A stretch of DNA of 64,000 nucleotides, from assembly GCA_963815215.1 (NCBI GenBank), contig CAWFFU010000008.1:192001-256000 (forward strand), read 5' to 3'. This document shows, in pieces, positions 1 through 10,694 of this stretch. A model generated the notes under the pieces. It ran no database searches, had not been told where the DNA came from, and worked only from the letters and a program-made list of their open reading frames with translations. This DNA comes from an uncultured Trueperaceae bacterium. GTDB taxonomy: Bacteria > Deinococcota > Deinococci > Deinococcales > Trueperaceae. Numbering within the stretch: position 1 is the first letter of the stretch; each line of letters opens with the position of its first letter. Position numbers and translations under genes: made by a program.

Positions 1-227
1 TTCACGGCCGCGCGCACCTCGTCCAACGGAGCGTCCACGAACACCCCGACGCGCGTGACGAAGGGGCCGAGATGGGCCACGATGCCGGCCGCGGCCCTGA
101 GATCGACCCGACGCCTGGAGCGCTCGGCGAAGATCATCCCGATGGCGTCGGCGCCCGCCCGCTCCGCCACCAGCGCGTCCTCAGCCCGCGTGATGCCGCA
201 GATCTTGACACGCACGCGCCCGTCCAT
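1..227 (-). CDS. trpF: Phosphoribosylanthranilate isomerase, N-terminal part (runs off window start)
   Basis: Manual translation from ATG 227: [41 protein letters not shown]...VGVFVD; KICGIT and GVFV are TrpF motifs. Not in the ORF track. Confidence 0.92.
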   Translation of the reverse strand, partial: MDGRVRVKICGITRAEDALVAERAGADAIGMIFAERSRRRVDLRAAAGIVAHLGPFVTRVGVFVDAPLDEVRAAV

Positions 228-253
228 GGCTCCATTATGGCCGGGCCCGACCA

Positions 254-1768
254 TCACGCCTGCTCGTATCCGGCGACCACCTCGATGCTCACCCCGAGCG
301 ACGAGGCCATCAGGTCGGATCGAGCGGCGGCCTCCCGCACCTCGATCTCAGCGTCGCCGTCGGCGAACGCCTCGATCTGCAGGTAGCCGTCGCCGAGGTG
401 GCACCGCACATCGCGCACGCGCTGGGCCTTGCTGCGCTCCAGGTACTCCGCCAGGCGCAGCATGCCGGCCAGCCGAGCGAGCACGCCCAGATCACCGTCC
501 TCCAGCACCGCGCCGTAACCCTGATCGCCCGGGGAGCCGCGGCGGTGGTAGCGCACCAGCAGAGCGACCAGCACCTGCTCGCGGTGGCTGTAGCCCGGCA
601 TGGCGCGGCCCATCACCAAGTACATACCGTGCTTGTGGTGCGCGTAGTAGTCGACGGCCATACCGATGTCGTGCACCAACGCGGCAGCCGCGAGCAGCGA
701 CCGCTCCCATGCACCCATGGCGTGCACGGACGCCAGCTGATCGAACAGCTGCAACGCCAGGTGGCGCACGTGCAGATTGTGCGGAGAGTTGTCGTAGTAC
801 TCCCGCATCAGGTTGAGGGCGCTGAACTCCCGCACGTCGGGCGAGAGGTGATCGCCGTCCGGGAAGAGGAAGGGGTAGAACAGCCCCTCGCGCAACCCCT
901 GCCCGCTGATGAGGACCTCATCGGCCTCCAGCGCGGCCAGCGTCTCGGCGATGACCACGCCGCCGGCTACGATGATGTCGGCCCGGTCACGGTTGAGGCC
1001 CTTGACGTCGCGACGCCGCTGCAGCGGCCGCTGCGCCAGGTCCTCCACGGCCTCCTCGAGCGCTTCGCGCCGCAGACGGTACCCGTGCAGCAGGTCGGGC
1101 CGGTAGCCCGTGCGCGCCTGCACGACGTTGGCGAGGTTGCGAAGCGTTCCGCCCATGCCCACCACCGGCAGGCCCAGAGGCAACTCGGCGATCCGCGGCG
1201 CCAGCAGCGCACGCGCGTGCTGGCGCAACGCCTTGAGCTCACGACTCCTGGGGGGATCGCTGCTGAGGAAGGCCTCGGTGGTGCGCACCGCTCCCAGCGG
1301 CAGGGAGCCTCCCTGCTCGAAGTGGCGCTCGCGCAGGCGACTGAGCTGCATGCTCCCGCCCCCGAGATCGAACACGACCGCCTCCCGGACGTCGAGGCTA
1401 TTGGCGACCGCGAGGGCACCGTAGGCCGCCTCCTGCTCCCCGGTGAGGACCTCGATGTCGACCCCGGCACGCTGCCGCGCCGCCTCCACGAACGCCTCAC
1501 CGTTGACCGCCGCGCGCACCGCACTGGTGGCGCTCGCCCGCAGGTCGTCGATGCCGACCGCATCGCAGTAGCTGCGGAAGGTCCGGAGCGCCTGCAGTCC
1601 GCGTTCGAAGGGCTCGGCCCGAAGGATGCGGGAGGTGCCCATACCCTCGGAGAGGCGCACCACCTCCCTCAGCTCGTCCAGCAGCTGGAAGCGGTAGCCG
1701 GGTCGGTACAGCATCACCACCAGGCGGGCGGTGTTGCTGCCGAGGTCGATGATGCCGACGCTACGCAC
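254..1768 (-). CDS. ppx: Ppx/GppA exopolyphosphatase with C-terminal HD domain
   Basis: [33 protein letters not shown] motifs. Confidence 0.93.
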   Translation of the reverse strand: MRSVGIIDLGSNTARLVVMLYRPGYRFQLLDELREVVRLSEGMGTSRILRAEPFERGLQALRTFRSYCDAVGIDDLRASATSAVRAAVNGEAFVEAARQRAGVDIEVLTGEQEAAYGALAVANSLDVREAVVFDLGGGSMQLSRLRERHFEQGGSLPLGAVRTTEAFLSSDPPRSRELKALRQHARALLAPRIAELPLGLPVVGMGGTLRNLANVVQARTGYRPDLLHGYRLRREALEEAVEDLAQRPLQRRRDVKGLNRDRADIIVAGGVVIAETLAALEADEVLISGQGLREGLFYPFLFPDGDHLSPDVREFSALNLMREYYDNSPHNLHVRHLALQLFDQLASVHAMGAWERSLLAAAALVHDIGMAVDYYAHHKHGMYLVMGRAMPGYSHREQVLVALLVRYHRRGSPGDQGYGAVLEDGDLGVLARLAGMLRLAEYLERSKAQRVRDVRCHLGDGYLQIEAFADGDAEIEVREAAARSDLMASSLGVSIEVVAGYEQA

Positions 1769-1816
1769 GAGGGCAGTATGGCACGCTGTGGGAGCCGCCT
1801 CCGGCGTCCCCGCGCC

Positions 1817-2170
1817 TCATCCGATCACGTCGCGGAGGTGTTCGAGTCGGGCATCGCGCTCGTCCCCGAGCACCACAACGGCATCGAAGCGGACGGCGGC
1901 GTCCGGGTCGCCCAGGCGCAGCGCCAGGTAGTGGCGCGCCGTGCGCTGCCAGCGCGCGAGCTTGCGCCGGTCGAGGGTCTCGGCGGGGTGCCCGAAGCGC
2001 GCGTCGCGGCGCTGACGGACCTCGACGAACACCACCGTGCCGCCGTCCCGGGCGATCACGTCGATCTCCCCTCCCCGAACGGCGTAGTTGGTCTCCAGCA
2101 CGACCCAGCCCAGAGCCTCGAGATGACGTCGGGCGAGGCCCTCCGCCCAATGCCGCCGAGAGGCGTCCAT
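1817..2170 (-). CDS. yraN: YraN (UPF0102) family protein
   Basis: AEGLARRHLEALGWVVLETNY..GEIDVIARDG.TVVFVEVR..RFDAV; start could be up to 2185. Confidence 0.88.
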   Translation of the reverse strand: MDASRRHWAEGLARRHLEALGWVVLETNYAVRGGEIDVIARDGGTVVFVEVRQRRDARFGHPAETLDRRKLARWQRTARHYLALRLGDPDAAVRFDAVVVLGDERDARLEHLRDVIG

Positions 2171-2187
2171 CGGCGTCACGGGCAAGC

Positions 2188-2574
2188 TCAGGCGGGGGTG
2201 ACCTGCACCCGCCGCGCGTCGGCCCAGAGTCCCTCGATGTCGTAGAAGGAACGCGCTTCGGGGCTCATGATATGGGCGACGATGCCGCCGAAGTCGAGCA
2301 GGACCCAGCGTTCGCTGGGTCCCTCCACGCCGCGCGGGGGGAAGCCATGCTGCTTGAGGCGCTCACGTACGGCGTCCTCCAACGCACGGAGTTGCAGGTG
2401 CGACTCCCCGGTGGCGACGATGAAGTAGTCGAGTGTGGCCGAGACCTCGGCGAGGTCCAGCACCACGATGTTCTTGGCACGTCTGTCGTCGAGCGCATCG
2501 ACGATGAGCTGTACCTCCTGCGGTACCGCGGGGCCCTGTTGCAACGTCCCTCCCTCGACGGCGCGCCCGGTCAC
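2188..2574 (-). CDS. rsfS: Ribosome silencing factor RsfS (Iojap)
   Basis: DDRRAKNIVVLDL, DYFIVATG, WVLLDFGGIVAHIM, RSFYDIEGLW. Confidence 0.95.
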   Translation of the reverse strand: MTGRAVEGGTLQQGPAVPQEVQLIVDALDDRRAKNIVVLDLAEVSATLDYFIVATGESHLQLRALEDAVRERLKQHGFPPRGVEGPSERWVLLDFGGIVAHIMSPEARSFYDIEGLWADARRVQVTPA

Positions 2575-3884
2575 CGGGCGCTCGCCGTCCGTGTCACGTC
2601 GACGCCCGTCGGCACCATGCTCGTGGCGTCGCTGCCGAGTACCAGCTCCAGATCCACGGTACGGCCTCGATAGGCGTCGAGATGGTCCACCTGCTGCTTG
2701 CTGGCGTGCAGCAGCGAAGCGTAATACTCGGCGTCCTTCCAGCCGGGCAACGTCGCCAGCAGCCGGCTCGGCGTCGGGTCGATGGTGCCCTCTTCGCGTA
2801 CCAGGATATCCTTCGCAGGCACCCCCATCGCCTCCAGCTGCTTCTGGAACCAGCTGCCGAGTTCGGGTGTGCCGCTGCGGTTGGTGATCAGCAGCGTCGC
2901 GTTCGGCACCTGGCTGAACGCGCGCGGCGTGCCGCCGAAGGTGTTGGCCAGGAAGTGGTTGACGTCCTGCGGGTCGACCTTGAGCACGGTGCCCACGCCT
3001 GCGACCTGGATCTCGTCGGTAGGCAGGGTCGCGGTGTCCTTGAGCTGCAGGCTGCCCACGCGCGACGCGAGCTGCCGCGCCAGCGCAGGACTTGCGTTGG
3101 TCTGCACGTCCTGGAAGAAGGTGTCGACCAGGCCCGGCACCTTGGTGACCGCCCCCACGTTCAGCTCCTTCACCTTCGCCATCAGGGCGTAGGCCAGACG
3201 CTTGACGTTGTCCAGACGGTCGATGTCGCCACGCAAGGTGTGACGGTAGCGCACGAAGTCGGCCGCCTGCTGACCATCGATGTGCTGTGGGCCGGCGGCG
3301 AAGTGGATGTGCAGGTTGCCGACGTTGTCGTCGTAGTTCATGGCGTAGGGCACGTTGATGTTCACCCCGCCCAGGGCATCGACCAGGTGCTTGAAGATGT
3401 CGAGCTTGATGATGGCGTAGTAATCCACCGGCACCCCGAGGATCGCCGACACCCGGCGCCGCAACGCGTCGGGCCCATCGCGGGCGAACACGCCGTTGAT
3501 GCGGTAGCCGGCATCGGCCAGCCAGATGTCGCGCGGTAGCGCGATCATGGTGATGGCGTCGCCGGTGATGTCGACGTAGAGGATCGTGTCGGTGTTGATG
3601 CCGGCGGTGTTACGTGTGCCCTTGTAGTTCCACCCCACGATGGCGCCGCCCTTGCCGTAGATGGGGTCGGCCTCCGCCTTGGAATAGAAGATGTCGCGAC
3701 CGGCGACCACGAAGCTGACGTGGAAGGTGTTGCCCTTGATCCCCAGGAGCTGGCGCTGCTCGCGGCTCAAGGGCGAACGATGTACGTCGCGAGTGAGCCA
3801 GTAGCCCGCCAGCCCCGCCAGAGCGAGGAGCACGCCGGCCAGCGTGAGGATGCGCGCGTTACGGACGGTGAGCAATCTGCTCAT
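2571..3884 (-). CDS. LCP (LytR-CpsA-Psr) family protein with LytR C-terminal domain
   Basis: N-terminal TM, NTDTIL, LPRD, VDALGGV, FVRYRH..GDIDR; C-terminal ITNRSGTPELG and DLELVLGSD. Confidence 0.9.
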   Translation of the reverse strand: MSRLLTVRNARILTLAGVLLALAGLAGYWLTRDVHRSPLSREQRQLLGIKGNTFHVSFVVAGRDIFYSKAEADPIYGKGGAIVGWNYKGTRNTAGINTDTILYVDITGDAITMIALPRDIWLADAGYRINGVFARDGPDALRRRVSAILGVPVDYYAIIKLDIFKHLVDALGGVNINVPYAMNYDDNVGNLHIHFAAGPQHIDGQQAADFVRYRHTLRGDIDRLDNVKRLAYALMAKVKELNVGAVTKVPGLVDTFFQDVQTNASPALARQLASRVGSLQLKDTATLPTDEIQVAGVGTVLKVDPQDVNHFLANTFGGTPRAFSQVPNATLLITNRSGTPELGSWFQKQLEAMGVPAKDILVREEGTIDPTPSRLLATLPGWKDAEYYASLLHASKQQVDHLDAYRGRTVDLELVLGSDATSMVPTGVDVTRTASAR

Positions 3885-4455
3885 ACACCCTCAGGGTGGC
3901 GGGGTGGACGGTCTTCCCCTGGGAACGGAGGTAGCGCACCTTCGACTCCACGGCGCGCCGGTAGGCCGCGCCGAGATCGTTCAGTGCCAGCGCCCGGATG
4001 TCGTCGTTGACGCCGCGGCCCGGCTCGCATACGTCGGCGATGTAGACCGCGATGCCCACACGGTTGTCCGGAGCCACTCCGAAGACGTGGCCCTCGACCG
4101 CATCCAGCACGTCCCGCTGGCGCACGCCCCAGCGCTCGGCGATGACGCGCGCGGCGCGTCCGTGTACCGACAGGGGGTGCCGTTCCTCGGTGACGTCCTG
4201 CGGGGGTGCCAGCTCGAACAACTCCCCGGCCGAAAGGTCCCGGGCGACGTCGTGCAGAACGGCCGCGAGACAGACCGCATCGGTCTCGACAGGCGTGAAG
4301 CGGTTGGCCTTGGCGATCGCTTCGGCCAGCCCCGCCACACGTCGGATGTGCTGGAAGCGCTCCGCGGTCACCATCTCCTTCACCCGAGCGCAGTACGCAT
4401 CGAGGCCGGGACGGCTGCAGAGGTCGGTTTCGGGCAGCTGATTGGGGTCGGCCAT
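3859..4455 (-). CDS. yqeK: YqeK-like HD-domain hydrolase (Ap4A hydrolase family)
   Basis: RFQHIRRVA, AAVLHDVAR, HGRAAR, IADVCEPGRG; start MADPNQ at 4455 after a GAGG RBS. Confidence 0.85.
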   Translation of the reverse strand: MADPNQLPETDLCSRPGLDAYCARVKEMVTAERFQHIRRVAGLAEAIAKANRFTPVETDAVCLAAVLHDVARDLSAGELFELAPPQDVTEERHPLSVHGRAARVIAERWGVRQRDVLDAVEGHVFGVAPDNRVGIAVYIADVCEPGRGVNDDIRALALNDLGAAYRRAVESKVRYLRSQGKTVHPATLRVYEQIAHRP

Positions 4456-4560
4456 CGTTCCTCGGTTCGTCGCCGGGACGGCCGTGGGCACGCGAGCGCA
4501 CCCGGCTCCCCCGACCGCCGCGTGGCGGCACCGACCATTCAACCACATCGAGGTGAGAGC

Positions 4561-4584
4561 GTCCGGTCGGCCGGCCGACCGGAC
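4561..4584. repeat. Perfect 24-bp palindrome between obgE and yqeK
   Basis: GTCCGGTCGGCC-GGCCGACCGGAC is self-complementary. Confidence 0.8.
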
Positions 4585-4619
4585 CGCCGGGGCCCGGGCA
4601 CGCACGTGACGGCCGCCCG

Positions 4620-5921
4620 TCACGCGTCTGCGTCGGGCATGCCCTCCTCGCGCGTGCCCTCCTCGCGCTCCTCGGAGAAGTACTCGAACACGGCGGCGCC
4701 GATGCGGACATCGTCGCCGTCCCGGGCGCCCGACCGCTTCAGCAGGCGATCGATGCCGTAGGTCCGGAAGAAGCGCTGCAGGTAGCTCACCGCCTCGGCG
4801 TTGCCGGCATCGAAGCGGTCGACGAGCGCCTCGATCTCGCTGCCGCGAACCACCCAGCCCTCGCCGCTGGCGTCGCGCACGACCTCCAACGGCCGCACCA
4901 CCACGCGCCTCTCCGGGGCCTCGCGACCCACCGGTTCCGGGCGCTCGGGAAGGATCGCGAAGAGCGCCTCGACGAGGTCGGGTAGACCCTCGCCCTCGAG
5001 CGCCGAAGCGCTCACCACCGGCAACCCGGCCGCGGTCAAGATGCGCTCCGCCTCGCTCACCTCCTCAGGCGACGCCAGATCGATCTTGTTGACGACCAGC
5101 AGCGCCGGTCGCTCCAGGAGCCCGGGGTCGAAGCTCTGCAGCTCGCGCCGCAGCGCCGCCAGTGTGGGCTCGGGGTCGGCCGCGATGTCGAGCACGAACA
5201 CGAGCAACCGGGTGCGCGAGATGTGACGCAGGAAGTCCAGCCCCAGCCCGCGTCCGAGGTGGGCGTCCTCGATGATGCCGGGGATATCGGCGATGGTGAA
5301 GCGCTCCATGTCCCGCTCGACCACACCGAGGTTGGGGCTCAACGTGGTGAAGGGGTACTCGGCGATGACCGGCCTGGCGTTCGACAGGGCGGCCAACAGG
5401 CTGGACTTGCCGGCGTTGGGGTAGCCCACCAGCCCGACGTCAGCGATGGTCATGAGCTCCAGGCGCAGTCGCCGCCGCTCGCCCTGGGTGCCGTACTCGG
5501 CGAAGCGCGGCGCCTGGCGCTGGGACCCGGCGAACGAAGCGTTGCCGCGGCCTCCGTCGCCACCCTGCGCCACTCGGACCGTCTGACCGACGGTCAGGAG
5601 ATCGGCGACCAGCTCACCGCTGTCGAGGTCGATCGCGGTGGTGCCGACCGGGACGTCGAGCACCAGATCCTGGCCACCGGAGCCCGAGCGATTGCGGCCC
5701 TCGCCCTGCTGACCTGTTCCCGCCCGGTAACGTTGACGTGGCACCAGGCGGTCGAGCGAACCTACGTCATCGACCGCCCGAAGGAAGACGCTCCCGCCGG
5801 CGCCGCCGTGGCCGCCGTCTGGACCCCCCTTGGGGATGTACTTGAGGCGCAGGAAGGAGAGGCCGCCGTCGCCGCCCTTGCCGCCCTCCACCGTGATGTC
5901 GAGAACGTCCCGAAAGGGCAT
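4620..5921 (-). CDS. obgE: GTPase ObgE/CgtA with C-terminal OCT domain
   Basis: [38 protein letters not shown]. Confidence 0.97.
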   Translation of the reverse strand: MPFRDVLDITVEGGKGGDGGLSFLRLKYIPKGGPDGGHGGAGGSVFLRAVDDVGSLDRLVPRQRYRAGTGQQGEGRNRSGSGGQDLVLDVPVGTTAIDLDSGELVADLLTVGQTVRVAQGGDGGRGNASFAGSQRQAPRFAEYGTQGERRRLRLELMTIADVGLVGYPNAGKSSLLAALSNARPVIAEYPFTTLSPNLGVVERDMERFTIADIPGIIEDAHLGRGLGLDFLRHISRTRLLVFVLDIAADPEPTLAALRRELQSFDPGLLERPALLVVNKIDLASPEEVSEAERILTAAGLPVVSASALEGEGLPDLVEALFAILPERPEPVGREAPERRVVVRPLEVVRDASGEGWVVRGSEIEALVDRFDAGNAEAVSYLQRFFRTYGIDRLLKRSGARDGDDVRIGAAVFEYFSEEREEGTREEGMPDADA

Positions 5922-5947
5922 CGCTCACTCCCGTAGGCCCCTGAAAG

Positions 5948-5976
5948 GTGGGCGCGGCCATGCTGGCCGCGCCCAC
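5948..5976 (-). terminator. 13-bp stem-loop between rpmA and obgE (attenuator or stabiliser)
   Basis: GTGGGCGCGGCCA-tgc-TGGCCGCGCCCAC, followed by CTTT on the minus strand. Confidence 0.55.
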
Positions 5977-6015
5977 GCACCATTCGTGCTTGTACCGCCG
6001 GACCGACGGGGTCGT

Positions 6016-6315
6016 TCAGTCCGCCGGGATCGCCTCGTCCGAGCCGGCCTCGGCACCAACCGGGTCCGTCTCGATGCGGATGAAGCGCCCCTTGTGTCCC
6101 TTGTCGGCGAAGCGCACCACGCCGTCCTTGAGCGCGAAGAGGGTCCAGTCGGTACCGACGCCCACGTTCATCCCGGGCTTGAACTTGGCGCCGCGCTGAC
6201 GCACCAGGATGTTCCCGGCGCTGACGACCTGTCCGTCGAAGCGCTTGACGCCGAGCCGCTTCGACTGGCTGTCGCGACCGTTCTTGGAGCTGCCTACGCC
6301 TTTCTTGTGAGCCAT
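6016..6315 (-). CDS. rpmA: 50S ribosomal protein L27
   Basis: [31 protein letters not shown]. Confidence 0.99.
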   Translation of the reverse strand: MAHKKGVGSSKNGRDSQSKRLGVKRFDGQVVSAGNILVRQRGAKFKPGMNVGVGTDWTLFALKDGVVRFADKGHKGRFIRIETDPVGAEAGSDEAIPAD

Positions 6316-6338
6316 CTCGCTCTACTCCTTCGGTGTGC

Positions 6339-6644
6339 TCAGCCCTGGATCTTGGTGACCCGGACGTCGGTGTACGGCTGGCGGTGGCCGCGATGGCGGC
6401 GGTAGTTGTTCTTGGCCTTGAACTTGTAGATGTCGATCTTGGGGCCGCGCCCGTGGCCGATCACCTCGGCCTGGACCTTGGCGCCGTCGACGGTGGGCGT
6501 GCCGACCTTGACCTCGTCGCCACCGAGCAGGAGCACCGGAAGCTCCACCATCTCGCCGGCCTCGGCGGCCAGCTTCTCGACGCGTACCACATCACCTTCC
6601 GCGACGCGGTACTGCTTGCCGCCCGTTCTCACGATTGCGAACAT
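6339..6644 (-). CDS. rplU: 50S ribosomal protein L21
   Basis: [14 protein letters not shown]...GHRQPYT; GGGAGG RBS before ATG 6644. Confidence 0.99.
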   Translation of the reverse strand: MFAIVRTGGKQYRVAEGDVVRVEKLAAEAGEMVELPVLLLGGDEVKVGTPTVDGAKVQAEVIGHGRGPKIDIYKFKAKNNYRRHRGHRQPYTDVRVTKIQG

Positions 6645-6811
6645 CGTCAACCTCCCGCGGCCCGCACCCTCGACGGGTCGGCCGCCTCACCTGCCACCGG
6701 TGCGCCTTCCACCAGCATGCACCGGAGCCGCCCCTCGGGGACCGCCCGGCGCCGATCAGCGCTCGATTCAGCGGCGGCGACCCACGAAGGGCGCCCGCCA
6801 CCAGAACCGTC

Positions 6812-6817
6812 ATTATA
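6812..6817 (-). promoter_or_regulatory. Consensus -10 box (TATAAT) for the rplU-rpmA-obgE operon
   Basis: ATTATA on the + strand, about 165 nt upstream of the rplU start. Confidence 0.65.
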
Positions 6818-6873
6818 GGCGAGCGCCTCGGTGCACGCAAGCACCGGCGCAGCGGGGCTACAATCACCCTGCC

Positions 6874-7392
6874 ATGCGCGAGCCCGCCCAAGCCACGACG
6901 TCACGCACCCGCGTCTCGGAGCTCGAGGTCGAGCGTTACCTGGCCGAGCACATCCCACTGGCCCGGGCGCTCGGGGCCACGGTGGACCGCTACGACGCCC
7001 GCGAGCTGCGCCTTCGGGCGCCACTACATCCCAACCTCAACCACCGGCACACCGCCTTCGGCGGCAGCCTCTCGGCTCTGGCCATCCTGGCCGGCTGGGC
7101 CCGCGTGACCTTCGACCTTCGCGCCGACGGGGTGAGCGCCCACGTGGTCGTGCAACGCTCCAGCGTCGACTTCGACACGCCCGTGGAGAGCGACTTCGAG
7201 GTGCGCATCGAGGCGAGCGACGAGACTTCCTGGGCCGTCTTCCGGCGCACGCTGGCGAGACGGCGGAAAGCACGCATCACCGTGCTGGGTGCGCTCTTCG
7301 CGGCCGGGGAGCCGGTGGCGCGCTTCGAGGCCCGCTACGTGGCGCTCTCCGCCGAGCCCGACGCCTCCTCCCGGCCGCGCTCGAACAGGTAG
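6874..7392 (+). CDS. YiiD C-terminal-like hot-dog fold thioesterase
   Basis: [42 protein letters not shown] precedes ATG 6874. Confidence 0.85.
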   Translation: MREPAQATTSRTRVSELEVERYLAEHIPLARALGATVDRYDARELRLRAPLHPNLNHRHTAFGGSLSALAILAGWARVTFDLRADGVSAHVVVQRSSVDFDTPVESDFEVRIEASDETSWAVFRRTLARRRKARITVLGALFAAGEPVARFEARYVALSAEPDASSRPRSNR

Positions 7393-10300
7393 AACGCTGC
7401 CGGCACCACGAAGAACGTGAGCAGCGCCGAGACCAGGATGCCGCCGAGCATCACCAGCGCGATGCCGTGGTTGAACTCCGACCCCGCGCCCCTGCCCAGC
7501 AGCAACGGGAAGCTGATGACCAGGACCGTTAGCGTGGTCATCACGATGGGCCGGAAGCGGAGCCTTGCGGACTCGACCATCGCCTGTTTGAAGGGCATCT
7601 TGCCGATGCGCTCGACCACGAACTCCAGATAGAGGATGGCGTTCTTGGCCGACAGTCCGATCAGCAGCAGCATCCCCATGAGGCTGAAGATGTCGAGCGA
7701 CTGACCCTGCACCACCAGGAACCACACCGCCCCGGCCACCGCCAGCGGCACCGGCAGCAGCAGGTAGATGGGGTAGCGGAAGGAGTTGAACTGCGCCCCC
7801 ATCACCAGGTAGGCCAGCAGCAGCGCCAGTGCGAACACCTGCGGCCCCAGCGTGCCGAGCTGCCGGGACAGCGCCGCACGACCGAACCGGTCGCCCGTCC
7901 CCAGGGTGACGTGGCTGTCGAGCACGCCTGCCTGCGTGAGCTGCTCGGTGATCTGACGCTGGAACTCGATGGGGCTGGGAGCGCCGGCGCTCGGCGTGAT
8001 CGAGAAGCTCGCACTGTACAGACGGTTGCTGCGACTGATGCTGATGGGCGCCTGCTTCTCGATGATGGCGCCGAGCTGGCTGACCCGCAGGTTGGTCCGC
8101 AGCGAGGGCGAGTAGATCGGCAGCGACAGCAGCGACTGCGCGTCGTGGAGGTAGCTGGGATCGAGCTGGACCACGATGCTGTCGCTCTCGCCGCCGCTCT
8201 GTACGCTGCCTGCGTTGGACCCGCCGGTGTAGGTGCGCAGCAGTTGCGCGACGCTGCTGGCGGTGATGCCGGTGCCGGCGAGCAGGTTGGGGTTGGGCAC
8301 GAACACCGACTCGGGCGAGGCCTGCTGGTTGCCGACATCCACGCTCAACACGTCCGGGTCCCCGGACAGCACGCTCGAGACCCGTTGCAGCCGCTGGTTG
8401 AGGAGCGCGTAGTCGGTGGACAGCAGGTCGAACGACACCCCCGAGCCCTGCCCTCGGAAGCCGCCGCCGGTGCGCACGAACAACCGCGCCCCGGGAATGG
8501 CGCTGGCCGCGCTCTGCAGCGCTCCCTGGTACTCGGCGCCGAGCGCATAGATGCTGGGCCGCTGCGTGACGGGCACGAGCTGGGCCTGCACGTTGACATC
8601 GTTGCTGCTCACACTCGTCTGGACCGTGCGCACCGCCTTCTGGGTCAGCAGGTAGCGTTCCACGTTACCGGCCACCTGATTGGCCGCCGCCAGCGTCGTC
8701 CCTGAAGGCAGGCGGGCACCGATCTGCATGAGGCCGGAGTCGGTCTGGGGCACGAAGTCGAGCGACACCCTGGGGCCCACCACGAACACCGTGAGCGCCA
8801 GGAAAGCGCCCGCCCCCAGCAGGACCCAGACGCTGAAGGGAAGCATGCGGGAGAGCAGCGCGGCGTACGCGTCGCGCGTCCGCCGCAGCCCGGCCTCGGT
8901 CCAGCCGTGCAGCGTCGTGGTGAGCGCTTCCAGCACCGTGAAGACGATCCGGACCAGGTAGGCGAGGACCATGAGGGTCGGCGGGTAGAGGATCAGCGCG
9001 AGCAGCGCCAGGGGAGTGACCCAGTGCCACAGGGCGTAGCCGGCCGCGGCGGCCCCGAGCAGCCCGAACGATCGCCGCCAGGAGCGCCACCCCCAGCGAA
9101 CGGCGTCACCGACCGCGAACAGGCTGCGGCCCGCGTCGCGCCAGCCTCGCGCCGGCGCGTCGCCGATGTAGGCCATGCGGACGGTCAGGAACAGCAGCGC
9201 CTCGAGCCACGACAGGAACACTGCGGCCGCCAGCCCCAGCCCGAACTGCCGCAGGTAGGCGCCCGCGAAGCCGCCCATGAAGCTCACCGGGATGAGGACC
9301 GCCAGGATCGACAGCGACGCCGCGGTGACGGCGCCGAACACCTCGCTGGCGCCTCGCAGCACGGCGGTGCGCCGGTCCATGCCCATCGCCCGGTAGCGCT
9401 CGACGTTCTCGGCGACGACGATGGAGTCGTCGACGACGATGCCGATCGCCACGATGAGCGCGAGCAACGACACCTCGTTGAAGGTGAAGCCGAGCAACCC
9501 GTAGAGCACCGGCGCGGCCGAGAGCGCGATGGGGATGGCCAGGATCACGGTGAACGCGGTGTTGAGGCGCCCCAGGAAGAGCAGCACGATGATCGCCACC
9601 ACGATGGCGGTGATCCAGAGCTCGTGGAAGGTGGAGTGCACCGACGCCACGATGGGGCCGGTGGTGTCGTTGCTGACGGTGATGGTGTAGCCGGTGGGCA
9701 GCACCGTGCGCTTCAGGTAGGCGCGCACCCCGTTGGCCACGGCCACCGCGTTGCTGCCCGACGCCTGCTGAACGGACAGGAGCACCGCGGGCTTGCCGTT
9801 GACGCGCGTGTAGGTGCTGGCGATGGAGGCCTGCTGCACCCGGCCCAGATCCTGCACACGGACGTTGCGGCTGTTGTCGACCACCATGGTGGCGATGTCC
9901 TGCACGCCGCTGGGCTGGGTATTGGTGGAGAAGGTCAGGACGTCGTTGTTCCGCGTGATCGAGCCGATCGGCTGGTTGACGATCGACGAGCCGATGGCCT
10001 GGCTCACCTGCTGCGGCGTGAGGTCGTAGTAGTTCAGCTTGGCGGGGTCGAGCAGCACCTGGTAGCGCCGGCTCGAGCCGCCCGAGACGTTGACGTTGGC
10101 GACGCCTGGAACGAGTTGCATGGCCGGCACCAGGATGTTGTTGGCATAGGCATAGACGTCGTCCATGTTGGCGCCGTTGCCCTGGAGGCCGAGCTCCAGG
10201 ATGGGCTGCGCGTTGGGGTCGAAGGTCCGCACGATCGGCGAGTTGGCGTCGGAGGGAAGGCCGCGCAGCGCAGCGACCTGAGCGGCGACGGCATTGGCGA

Positions 10301-10694
10301 TCGCGGCCTGGTTGGTGTCGGTGCCGAACTGCAGGATCACGCGGCTCGAGCCGGTACCGCTGTTCGAGCTGATGCTGGTGATGCCTCCCACCGTCGACAC
10401 GGCGGACTCCACCACCTGCGTGACCTGCTGATCGACCACCGCGGGCGAGGCGCCGGGGTAACTGGTGGCCACCATCACCACCGGGATGTTGGTAGAGGGG
10501 AGCAGGTCCACGCCCAGGCGGCTGGTCTCGATCAGCCCGAAGACCACCACGCCGACGAAGATGCCGATCGCCAGCACGTAGCGGGCGACCGATAGCCCCA
10601 CCAGCGGGTTGACCCGGGTGGCGACGACCGCGTTCGCCTCTTCGGGTGCGTCCGAAGGACCTGGAGAGCCTTCCCGCTCGTCCGGGCCCATCAC
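7335..10694 (-). CDS. RND efflux permease (AcrB/AcrD/AcrF family), module A
   Basis: [45 protein letters not shown]. Confidence 0.95.
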   Translation of the reverse strand: MMGPDEREGSPGPSDAPEEANAVVATRVNPLVGLSVARYVLAIGIFVGVVVFGLIETSRLGVDLLPSTNIPVVMVATSYPGASPAVVDQQVTQVVESAVSTVGGITSISSNSGTGSSRVILQFGTDTNQAAIANAVAAQVAALRGLPSDANSPIVRTFDPNAQPILELGLQGNGANMDDVYAYANNILVPAMQLVPGVANVNVSGGSSRRYQVLLDPAKLNYYDLTPQQVSQAIGSSIVNQPIGSITRNNDVLTFSTNTQPSGVQDIATMVVDNSRNVRVQDLGRVQQASIASTYTRVNGKPAVLLSVQQASGSNAVAVANGVRAYLKRTVLPTGYTITVSNDTTGPIVASVHSTFHELWITAIVVAIIVLLFLGRLNTAFTVILAIPIALSAAPVLYGLLGFTFNEVSLLALIVAIGIVVDDSIVVAENVERYRAMGMDRRTAVLRGASEVFGAVTAASLSILAVLIPVSFMGGFAGAYLRQFGLGLAAAVFLSWLEALLFLTVRMAYIGDAPARGWRDAGRSLFAVGDAVRWGWRSWRRSFGLLGAAAAGYALWHWVTPLALLALILYPPTLMVLAYLVRIVFTVLEALTTTLHGWTEAGLRRTRDAYAALLSRMLPFSVWVLLGAGAFLALTVFVVGPRVSLDFVPQTDSGLMQIGARLPSGTTLAAANQVAGNVERYLLTQKAVRTVQTSVSSNDVNVQAQLVPVTQRPSIYALGAEYQGALQSAASAIPGARLFVRTGGGFRGQGSGVSFDLLSTDYALLNQRLQRVSSVLSGDPDVLSVDVGNQQASPESVFVPNPNLLAGTGITASSVAQLLRTYTGGSNAGSVQSGGESDSIVVQLDPSYLHDAQSLLSLPIYSPSLRTNLRVSQLGAIIEKQAPISISRSNRLYSASFSITPSAGAPSPIEFQRQITEQLTQAGVLDSHVTLGTGDRFGRAALSRQLGTLGPQVFALALLLAYLVMGAQFNSFRYPIYLLLPVPLAVAGAVWFLVVQGQSLDIFSLMGMLLLIGLSAKNAILYLEFVVERIGKMPFKQAMVESARLRFRPIVMTTLTVLVISFPLLLGRGAGSEFNHGIALVMLGGILVSALLTFFVVPAAFYLFERGREEASGSAESAT

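Noticed and set aside
398..2245. Long antisense or alternate-frame ORFs (this one, 8907-10595, 35307-37040 and many others)
   Set aside because: Stop-codon scarcity in high-GC DNA; low-complexity translations opposite well-supported genes.
6016..6644. No prp/ysxB gene between rplU and rpmA
   Set aside because: Expected, since L27 begins MAHKKG with no cleavable N-terminal extension.
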